Assembly: GCF_963921235.1 (NCBI RefSeq)
Contig: NC_086109.1
Span: forward strand, 16,556,001-16,620,000
Reading direction: 5' to 3'
DNA length: 64,000 nucleotides
Source: Mobula hypostoma
Taxonomy: Eukaryota
Both the position numbers and the translations under genes were made by a program. The notes beneath the pieces are model-generated. The model had not been told where the DNA came from, searched no databases, and worked only from the letters and a program-made list of their open reading frames with translations. This document shows, one piece after another, positions 1 to 11,451 of the stretch. Position 1 is the stretch's first letter, and each line of letters starts with the position of its first letter.

Positions 1-338
1 TTCAGGTATGAAGCAGACACCACACTATTCAGAGCAGATTGCATCGTAGATAAAGAGTGGGAAGAAAGAGATTATGAATGCAATGCTTGTAGGCAGATTA
101 GCGTCTGAAGAAAACAGCAACGTTCATGTAGTAGAAGGCACTGAAAAGACAAAAAATGTCCTCTGAAGACACATTAAAATCCCTCGGTACTATTGGCTCA
201 ACTCTTCGCCTCACCTTCCCCACCAAATGCACACAACATACACCTATGCACACCTTAAATGGGCCGTGCACAGTTTACTCCCTTTACGCTCTGTGCATGT
301 GCATGGTCCTTCCCAACCTGGAATCAGCAAGTTACTGC

Positions 339-1279
339 ACATAAAATGCTGGAGGAATTCAGCAGGTCAGGCAGCATGCCGTTTCGAGCCATGACCCTTC
401 ATCAGGGCTGGAAAGGAAGGGGGCAAAAGCCAAAGTAAGGAGGAGGGGGAAAGGAAGGAGTACAAGCTGGCGGGTGATGGGTGAGGCCAGGTGAGGGGAA
501 ATGTGGATGGGTAGGAGATGGGATGAAGTAAGAAGCTGGGAGCAGATAGGTGGAAGAGGTAAGAGGCTGAAGAAGAAGGAATCTGATAGGAGAGGACAGT
601 GGACCATGGAAGAAAGGGAAGGAAGAGGGGCACAAAGGAGGAGATGGACAGGTGAGAAGAAGAGAAGGAATGAGAGGGGAATTTAAATAGAGAGAAGGTT
701 GGGGGGGGGGGAAGGAAATTACCGTAAGTCAGAGAAATTGATGCTCATGCCATCGGGTTGGTGACTGATCAGGCAGAAGATGAGGAGCTGATTCTCCAAC
801 CTGAGTACAGCTTTATCGTGGCAGTAGTGGAGGCCATGGACAGGCATGTCAGAATGGGAATGGGAAGTTGAAACGAAGTCTGTGGCCACTGTGAGATGCT
901 GCCTTTTTCAGCAGACAGAGTGCAGATGCTTGACAGAGTAGTCCCCCAATCTACATCAGGGTCACCAATTTCAATTCAGTCCTTTACCTCTTCCAACCAT
1001 CACCTCCCAGCTTCTTACTTCATCTCCCCTCCCCCCACATGACCATCCTTCCCCCTCACTTGGTTTAACCTGTCACCTGCCAGCTTGTACACCTTCCCCT
1101 CCCCCTACCATCTTGTTCTGGCTTCTGCCCCCTTCCTTTCCAGTCCTGATGAAGGGTCTCAGCCCAAAACGTTGACTGGTTATTCCCTTCCATAGACGCT
1201 GCTGTCCTGCTGAGCTCCTCCAGCATTTTGTGTATATTGCTCTAGGTTTCAAGCATCCGCTGAATCTCTTGTGTTTATG
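339..1279. mobile_element. Penelope-like element insertion made of two inverted 5'-truncated copies
   Basis: Minus copy (~339-960) and plus copy (~975-1279) share the CCTGATGAAGGGTC..GAAAC tail; flanked by ATCAGCAAGTTA(C/G)TGC at 323-338 and 1280-1295. Confidence 0.8.
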
Positions 1280-2784
1280 ATCAGCAAGTTAGTGCTGTGA
1301 TACCTGCTAATAAGAGCAACAGGTTTTAGGATCACACTTGGAATCCAATTGTTTACCTACAGTATATCACGCTTTAATCCAAAGTCAGAAAGCGATGCAA
1401 ATACAAATTGAGGGAACGTTTCCCTGGTCTCAGTTTCACTTCTGCACAGCTGATTGGTCATACAATTGGTTATTCAGCAGGAACAGATACTCCAGCCGCT
1501 CCATAGAACGAAGAATTCATTCTGAACTTAATTAGTGTGTCACTCCACGGTGATATCTGTGGGGCCTATCGGACATCCACCATGCATACACATAGTAGAC
1601 TAGATATATTCTTTTCATTCTTTGGGCAATATCACATGATAAATTTTCATGCAAATGTAAGAAGGTCTTTGTGATCCCAAAATCTGATGTACATAAACCC
1701 TTCCTTCTAACCTGCTTTTTTTTTTGGTGGTCCAAATCTGTTAATAACTTTGCCAGTTTAAACAGATTTTTTAAGTAATATCAAGGCGTGCTGCCCAAGG
1801 TTTGGTTCTTTATGACTTTTTGACTTCAGTGACCCAACTGTACAGTGAGAACAAAGGCAATTCAGTGCCACCAGTAACATCTGGTTGACTTTCTGTACTC
1901 CGGTAAGTTTGGAGGTAGATTCCCGTTGTCTGTAAACTATAGCTGTGCAACTTTTGTCACATACTGGTGCCATTGATCTCAAGCTTTTGAGATAATTTAT
2001 CAGTTAGGGGCCCAAAACAAGGCAAAGGCTATTAATATTTGTGTTCCTATTGGGAGTGTAACCACATCCATTTCTTCCCCACTGCCCCATCCACTCTCCC
2101 CAACCTCTTCTGTCTCTGCCAGAATGGGAAAAGGCAAGTGATGGGATCTCAGTAAGATATCACTAGGTGTCTCAAAACTAGAAGGGTTTTATCTTGGTCC
2201 ACTTGATTAAAGATCATTTTAAACCAGGCATTTGCTACAAGTCCAGGGATATCTTGGGAGCATGATGGATGTCCCCAGCAACCCATCTCTCCTTTAGCAT
2301 GGGGCTGGCATTCCTATATCTTGTTACAGCTCTCAGTGGCATTAATGTGATCTTGTCTTGGGTTGGCTCCAGCTCATACCCTGAAATGGGGCAGAATATA
2401 ATTTCTTCTCGGCACAGCCAACCTGCAAACCTCCAGCAGATTTTTGAAAGTCAGCACTCCCAACAACTAATGCCAACCAGTGAAGTGAGTCCTGCTGTCC
2501 CAGTGAGCAGGCGAGGCTCCACACTGTGCAAAGCTTCTGAAGTAAAGACCAAAACCTGGCAGTTCCTAATTACCATTTTCATCGTACCCTCTCAATTTAC
2601 CAGAGAGGTCAAGTGTTCTGGGCTCCATATTGATCAAGCAGTGAGAATTCCAGCAGCACCAGAGAACGGGAAAGGTGAACCATGTCATGACATCCGCTAA
2701 GAAAAGGTGAAAATGAGGGGATTGATACTGAGCTGTCATTCCGAGAATCCTGGCAAATTATCAGTTTCCAGTGGGGAAATGAAA

Positions 2785-3025
2785 TGAACTGCTGGAGGAC
2801 CTCAGCAGGTCAAGCAGCATCTTTGGAGAGAAATGTTCAGCTGACATTTCAGGTCGAGACCCTTCATCTGGACTCAAAGATAGTATGAAGAGGTGAGGGG
2901 GAGGAGTGGGATAAGGGCTGGAAAATGATAGTGGATCCGGGTGAAGAGTGGTGATTGGCAGATGGAGGAAGGAATTGTGGAAGTGGTAACGGAGGCTGGG
3001 AGGTAAAAATGGAGACAGCTGGAAG
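2785..3025 (-). mobile_element. Penelope-tail-derived SINE-like fragment
   Basis: Same tail family (minus-strand translation SPDEGSRPEMS), as at 339-700 and 19990-20090. Confidence 0.7.
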
Positions 3026-3029
3026 GAAT

Positions 3030-3600
3030 CCTTTAAACTGGAAAGAGGACAGATGAGATTTACGAGGATGTTGTCGGGCCTCAAGGGACTTAGTTACAGA
3101 GTGAGGTCAAGCAATTTGGGACTTTTCGCATTGGACCATAGGAGAATGAGGGGTAATCTTATAGAGGTGTATAAAATAGCAAGGACCACGGAAGGATAAA
3201 TGCACAGAGTCTTTGTCCTAACTGGGGAATCAAATACTGGAGGATATAGGTGTAAGGTGAGAGAGGAGAGATTTCTTATGAACTTGAGGGGCAACTTCTT
3301 CACCAGAGGATGGTTTGTATATGGAATGAGCTGCCAGAGGAAACGATTGACGCAGGTGCATTAACAACAATTACAATGCACTTGGATAGGTCGTGGACAG
3401 GAAACATTTAGAATGGAGATTCCCAACTTTTTTTATGCCATGGACCCTTCCCATTAACCGAGGGGTCCGTAGTCCCCAGGTTGATTTAAAGGGATATGGG
3501 CCAAATGCTAGCAAATTGGACTAGCTTAAATGAGATTCTTGCTTAGCACAGACCAGCTGGGACAAAGTGCCTGCTTCTGTGCTGTACATCTCTATGATTC
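3030..3600 (+). mobile_element. CR1 LINE 3' fragment with a small hAT-like MITE (~3413-3483) inserted
   Basis: Degenerate RLRGDLIEVYKI/FFTQRVV..WN coding; the MITE resembles the one at 63263-63338. Confidence 0.75.
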
Positions 3601-4804
3601 TTCAACAAGGGGCTGCACGTGATAGAGTCTGATAGGAAAATAAAGTGGAACATGGAGGGTGCTGTGTGCAAACGGGAATTTTGGGAGGAGGGGACCCAGT
3701 GGGTGGAGTGCGTGAGTGATGGGCAGATAGAGCAAGTGGAGACAGAGAAAGAAACTGGGGGGTGGGGGCCTGGGTTTGTGTGTGCAGGAGGAACTGGGTA
3801 GAGCAAGAGAAAAGAGAAAGGGACAGGAGAGGAGCAGGTTACCTGGAATTTGAGAAATCATTGTTTATGCCATCAGGTTGTGGCTGACCCAAGTGGACCA
3901 ATGAGGTGGTGTTCCTCTAGTTTGTGTTTGGCCTTTCCTTGGTAGTGGAGAGGTGAAATCTTGTGAGGGAGTTCCTACTGCTCTTTATATTAGTGATAGT
4001 GTTGCCCTGGTTCTCCTGACCACAAATCTCAGCTAAGCACCACCATGAGGTTAGGGTGGATGCATCTACTAAAACAAAGCAAGCCATGTGGAAGAGCTGA
4101 GGAATGACAGAAATGATGAGAGATCCAAATCATAATGGACACCATCCTTTGTTGGGAGTTTCAGCCCTTGGAAGAATATGGCAGAGTTATTCTTGGCGGT
4201 TCCCAAGTAGGAACATGCAGTATACCTAGTATTTTTCAAGGAGATTCCAGAACACCGTCATCTCCACTCCAGTCTTAAGCCTCTTCAACAGAGGATGGAG
4301 TGTTGAGTGTAAGAGCTGCATTGTTTCAGATACCAAAATCATTTCCTCCGACACTGTGAGCTTCAATGGATTCTCAGTGATGTCCACACAAAATTGTTCT
4401 TAAGTAAGCATTGTTGCTAATCTTTCGCCAGTTCTTTCTCTCATTTGTGTCAAAAGTCCATGAAGAGTGACCTCTCTTCATGTGAGTTGTGGGGATGAGC
4501 ATTAGCAGGTTATTTGGCCATTGGGGAGATCTTGGCTGACCATTCTGAGTCTTTTGATGAGGAGTGAGCTTTCTTATTCTTATCAGAGATATAGAACTTC
4601 ACTTCTGCGCAGTCAAGTTGAAGCAGGTGACTGTTCACTGCAGAATTCAATGACATAACTGTTTAATCGTGGAATACCTCCGTGTTGCAGTGCTAGTGCT
4701 TTCTCCAGGATGGCACCAACCTGCACTGTTAAGAGGTGTATAAGAAGACATCTCCTTTTGATGGGACCCCATGTTCTTGCCAGCTGAGACTTGGCCCCCA
4801 AGGA

Positions 4805-5120
4805 AGATTAGAATTAGAATCAGGCTTATTATCACTGACATATGTCATGAATGTGTTGTTTTGTGCAACAGTGCAGCTCAACACATAAAAAAATACTGTA
4901 AGTTACAACAGCAAATAAATAGTTTGAAAGATGAATGGACCATTCAGGAATCTGATGGCAGAAGGGAAGAAGCTGTTCCTGAACCTTTGAGTGAGGATCT
5001 TCAGGCTCCTGTACCTCCTCCCCAATAATATACAAGAAGAGGGCATGTCCCAGATGTTGAGGGTCTTTAGTAATGGATGTTGCCTTCTTGAGGTTCTGCC
5101 TCTTGAAGATGTCTTCAATG
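4805..5120 (-). mobile_element. L2/Rex1-type LINE 3' fragment
   Basis: ORF 4903..5118 GRRYRSL..TQRFRNSFFPSAIRFLN (RT C-terminus) and a short-repeat tail near 4805. Confidence 0.75.
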
Positions 5121-5409
5121 GCCTCTCTGCCCATAATTGGACCCCTTATATCATGGAGATACTTTTATGAAGTGGTCACTTTCCTGGCTTGGCTCTCATG
5201 CAGTGACATCTGCCTGTGTCATATGGAGGTTAGGACGGTCCACCTGTCTTTCTCTTCCCTCCCCAAGTAAAGTGAGTTCCTTATCTTGTTTCTTCAGACT
5301 AGCTCTATACAGTGTAGGCTGACCCGTGGTCCTTTTGATGCCAGTGTGGAAATTGTCTCTATATTTGTGGTGGCGTGTCCCATTCCCAGCCTCCTCAAGT
5401 AATTCTGCT

Positions 5410-6245
5410 GTATCCTTCGATTCATAAAGTCCTACAAAATTACAGCACAGAAAAAGCCCTTCGGCCCATCTAATCCATGCCAAACATTTAAACTGTCTAG
5501 TCCCATCAACCTGTACCCAGAACATAGCCCTGCAATCCCCTCCCATCTGTGTACCTACCCAAACTTCTCTTAACAGTTGAAATCTAGCTCGCATACAACA
5601 CTTGCACTGATAGTTCATTCCACACTCCCACGGCTCTTTGAGTGAAGAAGTTTCCCTCATGTTCCCCTTAAACATTTCATCTATCACTCTTAACCCATGA
5701 CCTTTGGTTGTCATCCCACCCAACCTCAGTGAAAAAAGCCTGCTTTCATTTCCCCTCTCTATACCCCTCAGAATTTTGTATACCTCTATCAAATCTCCCT
5801 TCTGTCTTCTTTGTTCTAAGGAAAAAAGTCCTAACCTATTCAATCATTCCTTATAACTCAGATCCTCCAGTCTCAGCAACATCTTTGTAAATTTTCTCTG
5901 TACTCTTTCAACCTTACTTGCATCTTTCCTGTAGGCAGGTGACCAAAACTACACACAACACTCCAAATTAGGCCCCACCAATATCTTATACAACTTCAAC
6001 ATAACATCCCATCTCCTGTACTCAGTACTTTGACTTATGAAAGCCAATATGTCAAAAGCTTTCTTTGTGACCTTATCTACCTGTATCACCACCTTCAATG
6101 AACTTTGGACCTGTATTCCCAGATCCCAACCGCACTTCTCAGTGCCCTACCGTTCACTGTGTAAGACCTAATCTGGTTGATCCAACTGAACTGCAACACC
6201 CCACACCTGTCTGCATTAAATTCTATCTGCCATTTTTCCCTGCTG
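5410..6245 (-). mobile_element. CR1 LINE ORF2 3' fragment
   Basis: ORF 5196..5843 NRLGLFSLEQRRQKGDLIEVYKILRG; upstream KWQIEFNADRCGV. Confidence 0.88.
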
Positions 6246-6886
6246 GAATTAAATTGGGATTCCAGCAGAACAGGCATCAACATCCAACTTTCTGTATCAA
6301 TCTTCAATCCAGGACTGAAATATTTAAGGAAACATTGAATTGCAGGGAGCTGAAATGTCTTTCTCCAATTCCCCAGGAATAGTCCAAGCAGCATTACTGC
6401 TTACAGTGCCTATTAAAATAATCCACCCCCACCCCCCCGGAAGTTTTCATGTTTTAATATTTTACAACATTGAATCACAGTGGATTTAATTTGTTTTTTT
6501 TGACACTGATCAACAGAAAAAGACTCTTTCGTGTCAAAGTGTAAACATCTCTACAAAGTGATTGAAATGAATTACAAATATAAAACACAAAATAATTGAT
6601 TGCCAAAGTAGTCACCCCCTTTAAAATCACACACCAAATCATTACTGGTGCAGCCAATTGGTCTTAGGAGTCACATAATTAGTTAAATGGTGATCACCTG
6701 TGTGCAGTCAAGGTGTTTCAATTGATTGTATTAAAAATACGCCTGTATCTGGAAGGTCCAACTGCTGGTGTGTCAGCATCCTGTCAAAAATTACACTATG
6801 AAGGCAAAAAAGCACTCCAAGCAATTCCGCGAAAAGGTTATTAAATATGGATACAAGAAAATTTCCAACTCACTGAATATCCCTTT

Positions 6887-7647
6887 CAGCAGGGGCCGGC
6901 CGACTGGGAGGGGGGTATTCAAGTAGGGTTAAACTCACTTCAACATGTCTTTTACAGTTAAGGTTGCCAACTTCCTCACTCCCAAATAAGGGACAGAAGT
7001 AGCAGTCAAATCCTGACGAAGGGTCCCGGCCCGAAACGTCGACTGTACCTATTCTTATAGATGTTGTCTGGCCTGCTGTGTTCACTGGCATTTTGACTAA
7101 CATGACCATGAAGCCTTGCGCGGGCACCTGTGTGCGCATGTGTGACATGCCTATACGCGTACGTGCTGATTTTTTTTTCTCCACAGGTCAGTTTTGGCTT
7201 AACCTTCCTGACTACACTGTACATACATTATTTCTACTTTATATAGGCTGTGTATTTATCATATCATTAATGCTTTTACTATATGTCAGAGTTATTTTAG
7301 GTTTTATGTGTTATTTGGTAGGTTATTTTTTGGGTCTGGGAACGCTCAAAAATTTTTCCCATATAAATTAATGGTAATTGCTTCTTCGCTTTACGCCATT
7401 TCAGCACGAAAGGTTTCATAGGAACGCTCTACCTTAGCGTGGGAAATAGGGGACAAGAGCAGCCCCATATGGGACAAATAAATTTAGCCCAATATACGGG
7501 ATGTCCCGGCAAATATGGGACGGTTGGCAACCCTATGTTCAAGTTCAACAGTGCGTGACAGGGAATGAGGAAAGGTGCAGCTGACTCATATCGTTTCCTC
7601 ACGGCCCGGTAGCACATGCTTTGCGGCCCGGTGTTTGGGGACTGCTG
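6887..7647. mobile_element. Composite non-autonomous DNA element with hAT-like ends inside the Tc1 transposase
   Basis: Ends CAGCAG...CTGCTG with CCTTT duplicated on both sides; internal TIR pair TA(A/G)GGTTGCCAAC at 6959-6971 / 7523-7535; Penelope tail piece at 7011-7095. Confidence 0.7.
7011..7045 (+). ncRNA. Minimal hammerhead ribozyme core (GUC site), 5' stem I shortened
   Basis: TC-CTGACGA-A-GGG(TCCCGG)CCC-GAAAC-GTC-GACTG. Confidence 0.55.
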
Positions 7648-8411
7648 CCTTTGAGTACAGTTAAGTCAATCATCAAGAAATGGAAAGAATATGGCACAGC
7701 TGTAAATCTGCCTAAAGCTGGCCGTCCTCAAAAACTGAGTGACTGTGCAAGAAGGGAACTAGTGAGGGAGGCCACCAAGAGACCTGTGACAACTCTGGAG
7801 GAGTTACGAGCTTCAGTGGCTGAGATGGGAGAGACTGTGCATACAAAACTGTTTCCCGGGTGCTTCATCAGTAGCAGCTTTATAGGAAAGTGGCAATGTT
7901 GAAAAACTCACCTGAAATCTTGGCCAGAGTTTGCCAGAAGGCATGTGGGAGACTCTGAAGTCAGCTGGAAGAAGGTTCTTTGGTCTGATGAAACCAAAAT
8001 TGTACTTTTTGGCCATCAGACTAAACCGCTATGTTTGGCGTAAGCCAAACACCACACATCATCAAAAACACACCATTCCTACCGTGGTGGGTGCATTATG
8101 CTGTGGGGATGCTTCACTGCAGCAGGCCCTGGAAAGCTTGCGAAGGTAGGGGGTAAAATGAATGCAGCAAAATGCAGGGAAATCCTTGATGAAAACCTGT
8201 TGCAAAGTTAATATCCTGGAGTGGCCAAGTCAGAGTCCAGATCTCAATCCAGTTGAGAATTTGTGGCTGGACTTGAAAAGGTCTGTTCACTCACGATCCC
8301 CATGCAATCTGACAGAGCTTGAGCAGTTTTGTAAAGAAGAATGGGGGAAAATTTCAGTGTCCACATTGAAAAGCTGAAGAGACCTATCCGCATAGACTCA
8401 AGGCTGTAATT

Positions 8412-9213
8412 CAAAGTTCCAATTTAATGTCAGAGAAATGTATACAATATACATCCTGAAATGCTTTTTCTTCACAACTATCTATGAAAACAGAGAAGTG
8501 CCCCAAAGAATGGACGATAGAGCCCCAAAGTCCCCCCCAGCTCCCCTCCCTCCCGCACGTAAGCAGTAGCGAGCAACAACCCCCCCTCCCCCCAGCAGCA
8601 AAAAAAAGCAACAGCACCCGGCACTGAGCATTCAAGCGTGAGCAAAGCAGTACAAAGGCACAGACTAGAAGTTACCCAAAAAACTTTGCGTTTCACCTGG
8701 TATTCGACATACCACAGGCTCTCTCTCTCCCTAATAAGGGAGAGGGAGGTGTCTCCGTTTTCCCAGCGAGCGGGGAGACATAACAAACAACTCGTTGGTT
8801 TACGATGTTAAAAGTCCATTACATTGCTTTATTCGAGCTCTGTGCCTGAAGATCTCCAAGTTCTTGGGTCTTCGGATACACAGCCGGTATCCTGACTCCC
8901 CCAATGACACACGGGTCTCCTGTGGTGACACCAACCCTCGATCCACCGGTCTCCAGAGCCCCGAGATCCTAGGTTTCCAAATCTGAGCCAGAATCTTAGG
9001 CTGAGCCCGTGGCGTACTGAACAACAATGGTCGGTTATGAAACCCCAAAATCAGGTCCTATTCCTGAAAAGAACCAAAGTTAGTGTGTAACTCCAGGTCA
9101 GGGTCTTCCAAAGAACCCTGAAAGGGAAAAATAAAGATATTAGAGATGGAAATAGAGTTGTTTCCGAAGATGCAAGCAAAGGAGGCGCCGTTTACTTTGC
9201 TCCGCCTCTTCTT
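8412..9213 (-). mobile_element. Non-autonomous non-LTR (L2-like) element inserted in the Tc1 transposase C-terminus
   Basis: Interrupts ...GCTGTAATT|GCTGCTAAAGGC...; LINE-type 3' end (CATTTCTCTGACATTAAATTGGAACTTTG) on the minus strand. Confidence 0.7.
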
Positions 9214-10551
9214 TGCTGCTAAAGGCGCATCTACTAAATACTGACTTGAAGGGGGGTGAATACTTATGCAGTCAATTATTTGGTGTTTTATATTTGTAAT
9301 TAATCTAGATCATTTTGGAGAGATCTGTTTTCACCTTGACATGAAAATGTTTTATTGATAAATCAAAAAAATCCAAATTACATCCACTGTGATTCAATGT
9401 TATAAAACGTGAAAACTTTCAAGGGGGAGGTGAATACTTATTATGGGCGCTTTATGTCTGCTACTGAAAGTTATAAAGGGAATATTGATGATACCTGAGA
9501 ATAATTTGCAGATTGTAAGTGGATTGGTGATCAGATGCTTATTATGCAACACACCTACCTGGTTCTCTGTGAAAATTTCTGACTGTTAAAATTACATAAG
9601 TTCAGATGGCTTATATATAAAGTATTAAGGTTGGTTATCTAGAAGATCAAAAGAGGTTCATATACTGTTACTACGAAGCAGATTCACGGGTTTGGTGAGT
9701 GAGACAGGAGACACTCATTACAAATAAGTACATTAATCATTTATTTACAGGCAAAACAGTAAAACATTCAACCAAACATCTAAGCCATCCTAAGGTACAC
9801 AAACTACAAAACTGAACCTTCAACAAACATACTTAGCTAAGAGAGCACATGGACCCTCCTATACCTGCCGTGTACTTTCCCAATGGTAGCACTGGTTGGA
9901 ACCTCAGTGTGAAGATGGGTACCCGGAGTAAAAGGGAGGCAACTACCAGTGCTGTGACACACAAGGAAACCAATGGGAAAGAGCTGATGCATTCTTCAAA
10001 CAGTCCATTCGATGGCTGGCACAGTAGAACCGGCTTTTGACTGTCAAGTAAACCAACCCTTCTCATTACGTATACTGAGCAATGAATACTGGGAATGAGA
10101 TGACCACTGAACCTAATCAAGGGATTTGCATTTGGTACAACTAGGGACCTTTGCAATTTGGAGTAAAGTGAACAGAAGTAACATGATTTCAAAGTTATGC
10201 TGCCCAAACAGATGTGTATCACCCCAGTTTAAAACATTCCTCCCATGAGTTGTGAATAATTCAATCTAAAAAAAGATAGTTTATACAAAGAATTTTGGAT
10301 GCCTTAGAGAGGTTTATTAGATAGAATTTAATTGAGCATTCAGATCAATTCAGATAAAGAATATACCCTGTATACAAATAAGCTACAAGCTGCAGTCGAA
10401 TCAATGGGTTAATTTAGGTTGTAAAGACTATGGAATGAGCTGCATTCTAGAATGTATTGAGAGATTCAAAGTAGCTTAAGCATAAGAAAAATGATAAAGT
10501 GGAGTGAGGTAAATGTTAAAAACAAAAAAAGAAGTTTGTAACATAGAATGA

Positions 10552-10929
10552 CAGTACTGTGCAAAAGTCTTTGGAACACATATGGCTAGGGTGCCTAAGA
10601 TGAATGCATAGTACTGTATTTGTCAACGTGGAGCGAAGAGCGAATTTGTAAATCCAGCGGGAGCAAAGGATGTTGGGAATGGTGAGGGTGGAGCGCCACG
10701 AGAGGGTGTGGGAGAGATGATTCCCCTCTCCCTGCCCCCTTCCCACTCTCAGTCCACAATGGAGACCCATATCAGAATTAAGTTTGTCATCACTGACACA
10801 TGTCATGAAATTTGTCTTTTATTTTTGCAGCAGTACAATACAATAAATAAAATTACTACAGTACTGTGCAAAAGTCTAACGCCTCCTAGCTCTATACAAA
10901 TACGTGCCTAAGACTTTTGCACAGTACAG
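10552..10929. mobile_element. Tc1/mariner-type composite MITE
   Basis: TIR CAGTACTGTGCAAAAGTC at 10552 and again at 10859; complements ending ~10616 and 10929. Confidence 0.75.
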
Positions 10930-11415
10930 TATGTACGTATATTTAAAAGTGAACTGCAAGCCAGAACTTAATCAAAAGTTTCAGATAGTTTATAAATAAG
11001 TGATATCTAGGAGTGAGCCACAAAAAAGAACCAAATCTGTGTTTGAATAAACAGGTTTGTTTTAAGCCGTTATGAATTGTTTCAGTGTATACAATTTCTT
11101 TCTGTATACAGTGTAATGTGGTCTGAACTGATGACATTCCTTGCTACTGACAGATGTGATCATGGCACCTAAGGTGCAAAGAATCTTGATTAATGCATAA
11201 CAATTGAATATTTCATAAGAAATCACAGTGTGTTCTGTATAATCCAGAATATGCCGTATATACTGTCAGGTATATTTCTATCAGCCAATATAATATTTTG
11301 CTCTTGAGAAATGGCAATTCAATCTGAATTCTATACCTGTATGTAACTTTTATCTTTTTAATGTGGAGTCTTGTTTGTTTTCCTTCTTCCTTCCTCTTTG
11401 CCTTTCTCTCTGAAG

Positions 11416-11451
11416 TCACCCCTACCGCTGAGATTGCTATAACAGAAGGAG
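11416..11451 (+). CDS. NFASC: Neurofascin internal mini-exon preceding the PAT domain (xTPTAEIAITEG), phase 1-1
   Basis: Long pyrimidine tract ending TGAAG|; 36 nt open; donor G|GTAAAG. TPTA matches the short ATPTA segment of mammalian neurofascin; phase joins the 23664 exon. Confidence 0.75.

Larger units (their letters stand above)
6798..9244 (+). pseudogene. Tc1 transposase pseudogene (frameshifted, internally deleted, split at 6887-7647 and 8412-9213)
   Basis: MKAKKHSKQFREKVI..SLNIP / LSTVKSIIKKWKEYG..GRPQKLS / KVLWSDETK / [15 protein letters not shown] / HRLKAVI / AAKGASTKY*. Confidence 0.9.
6404..9452 (+). mobile_element. Tc1 (IR/DR-type) DNA transposon, defective, carrying two nested insertions
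   Basis: TA|CAGTGCC left end; ~210-bp imperfect inverted repeats (~6404-6625 vs ~9245-9452); TA at 9453-9454. Confidence 0.9.

Noticed and set aside
1..11. TTCAG|GTATGA could be the donor of the upstream FN4 exon
   Set aside because: Only 5 nt of putative exon are visible, so it cannot be supported. I found no other FN4-like exon in 1-11415.
2269..2700. 143-aa ORF with a hydrophobic N-terminus
   Set aside because: No recognisable homology or compatible splice structure; likely a chance intronic ORF.
9666..10236. ORF 9849..10040 (FPNGSTGWNL) as an FnIII exon, or the region as a solo LTR
   Set aside because: No good acceptor or FnIII signature. TG...CA ends exist but there is no target duplication.
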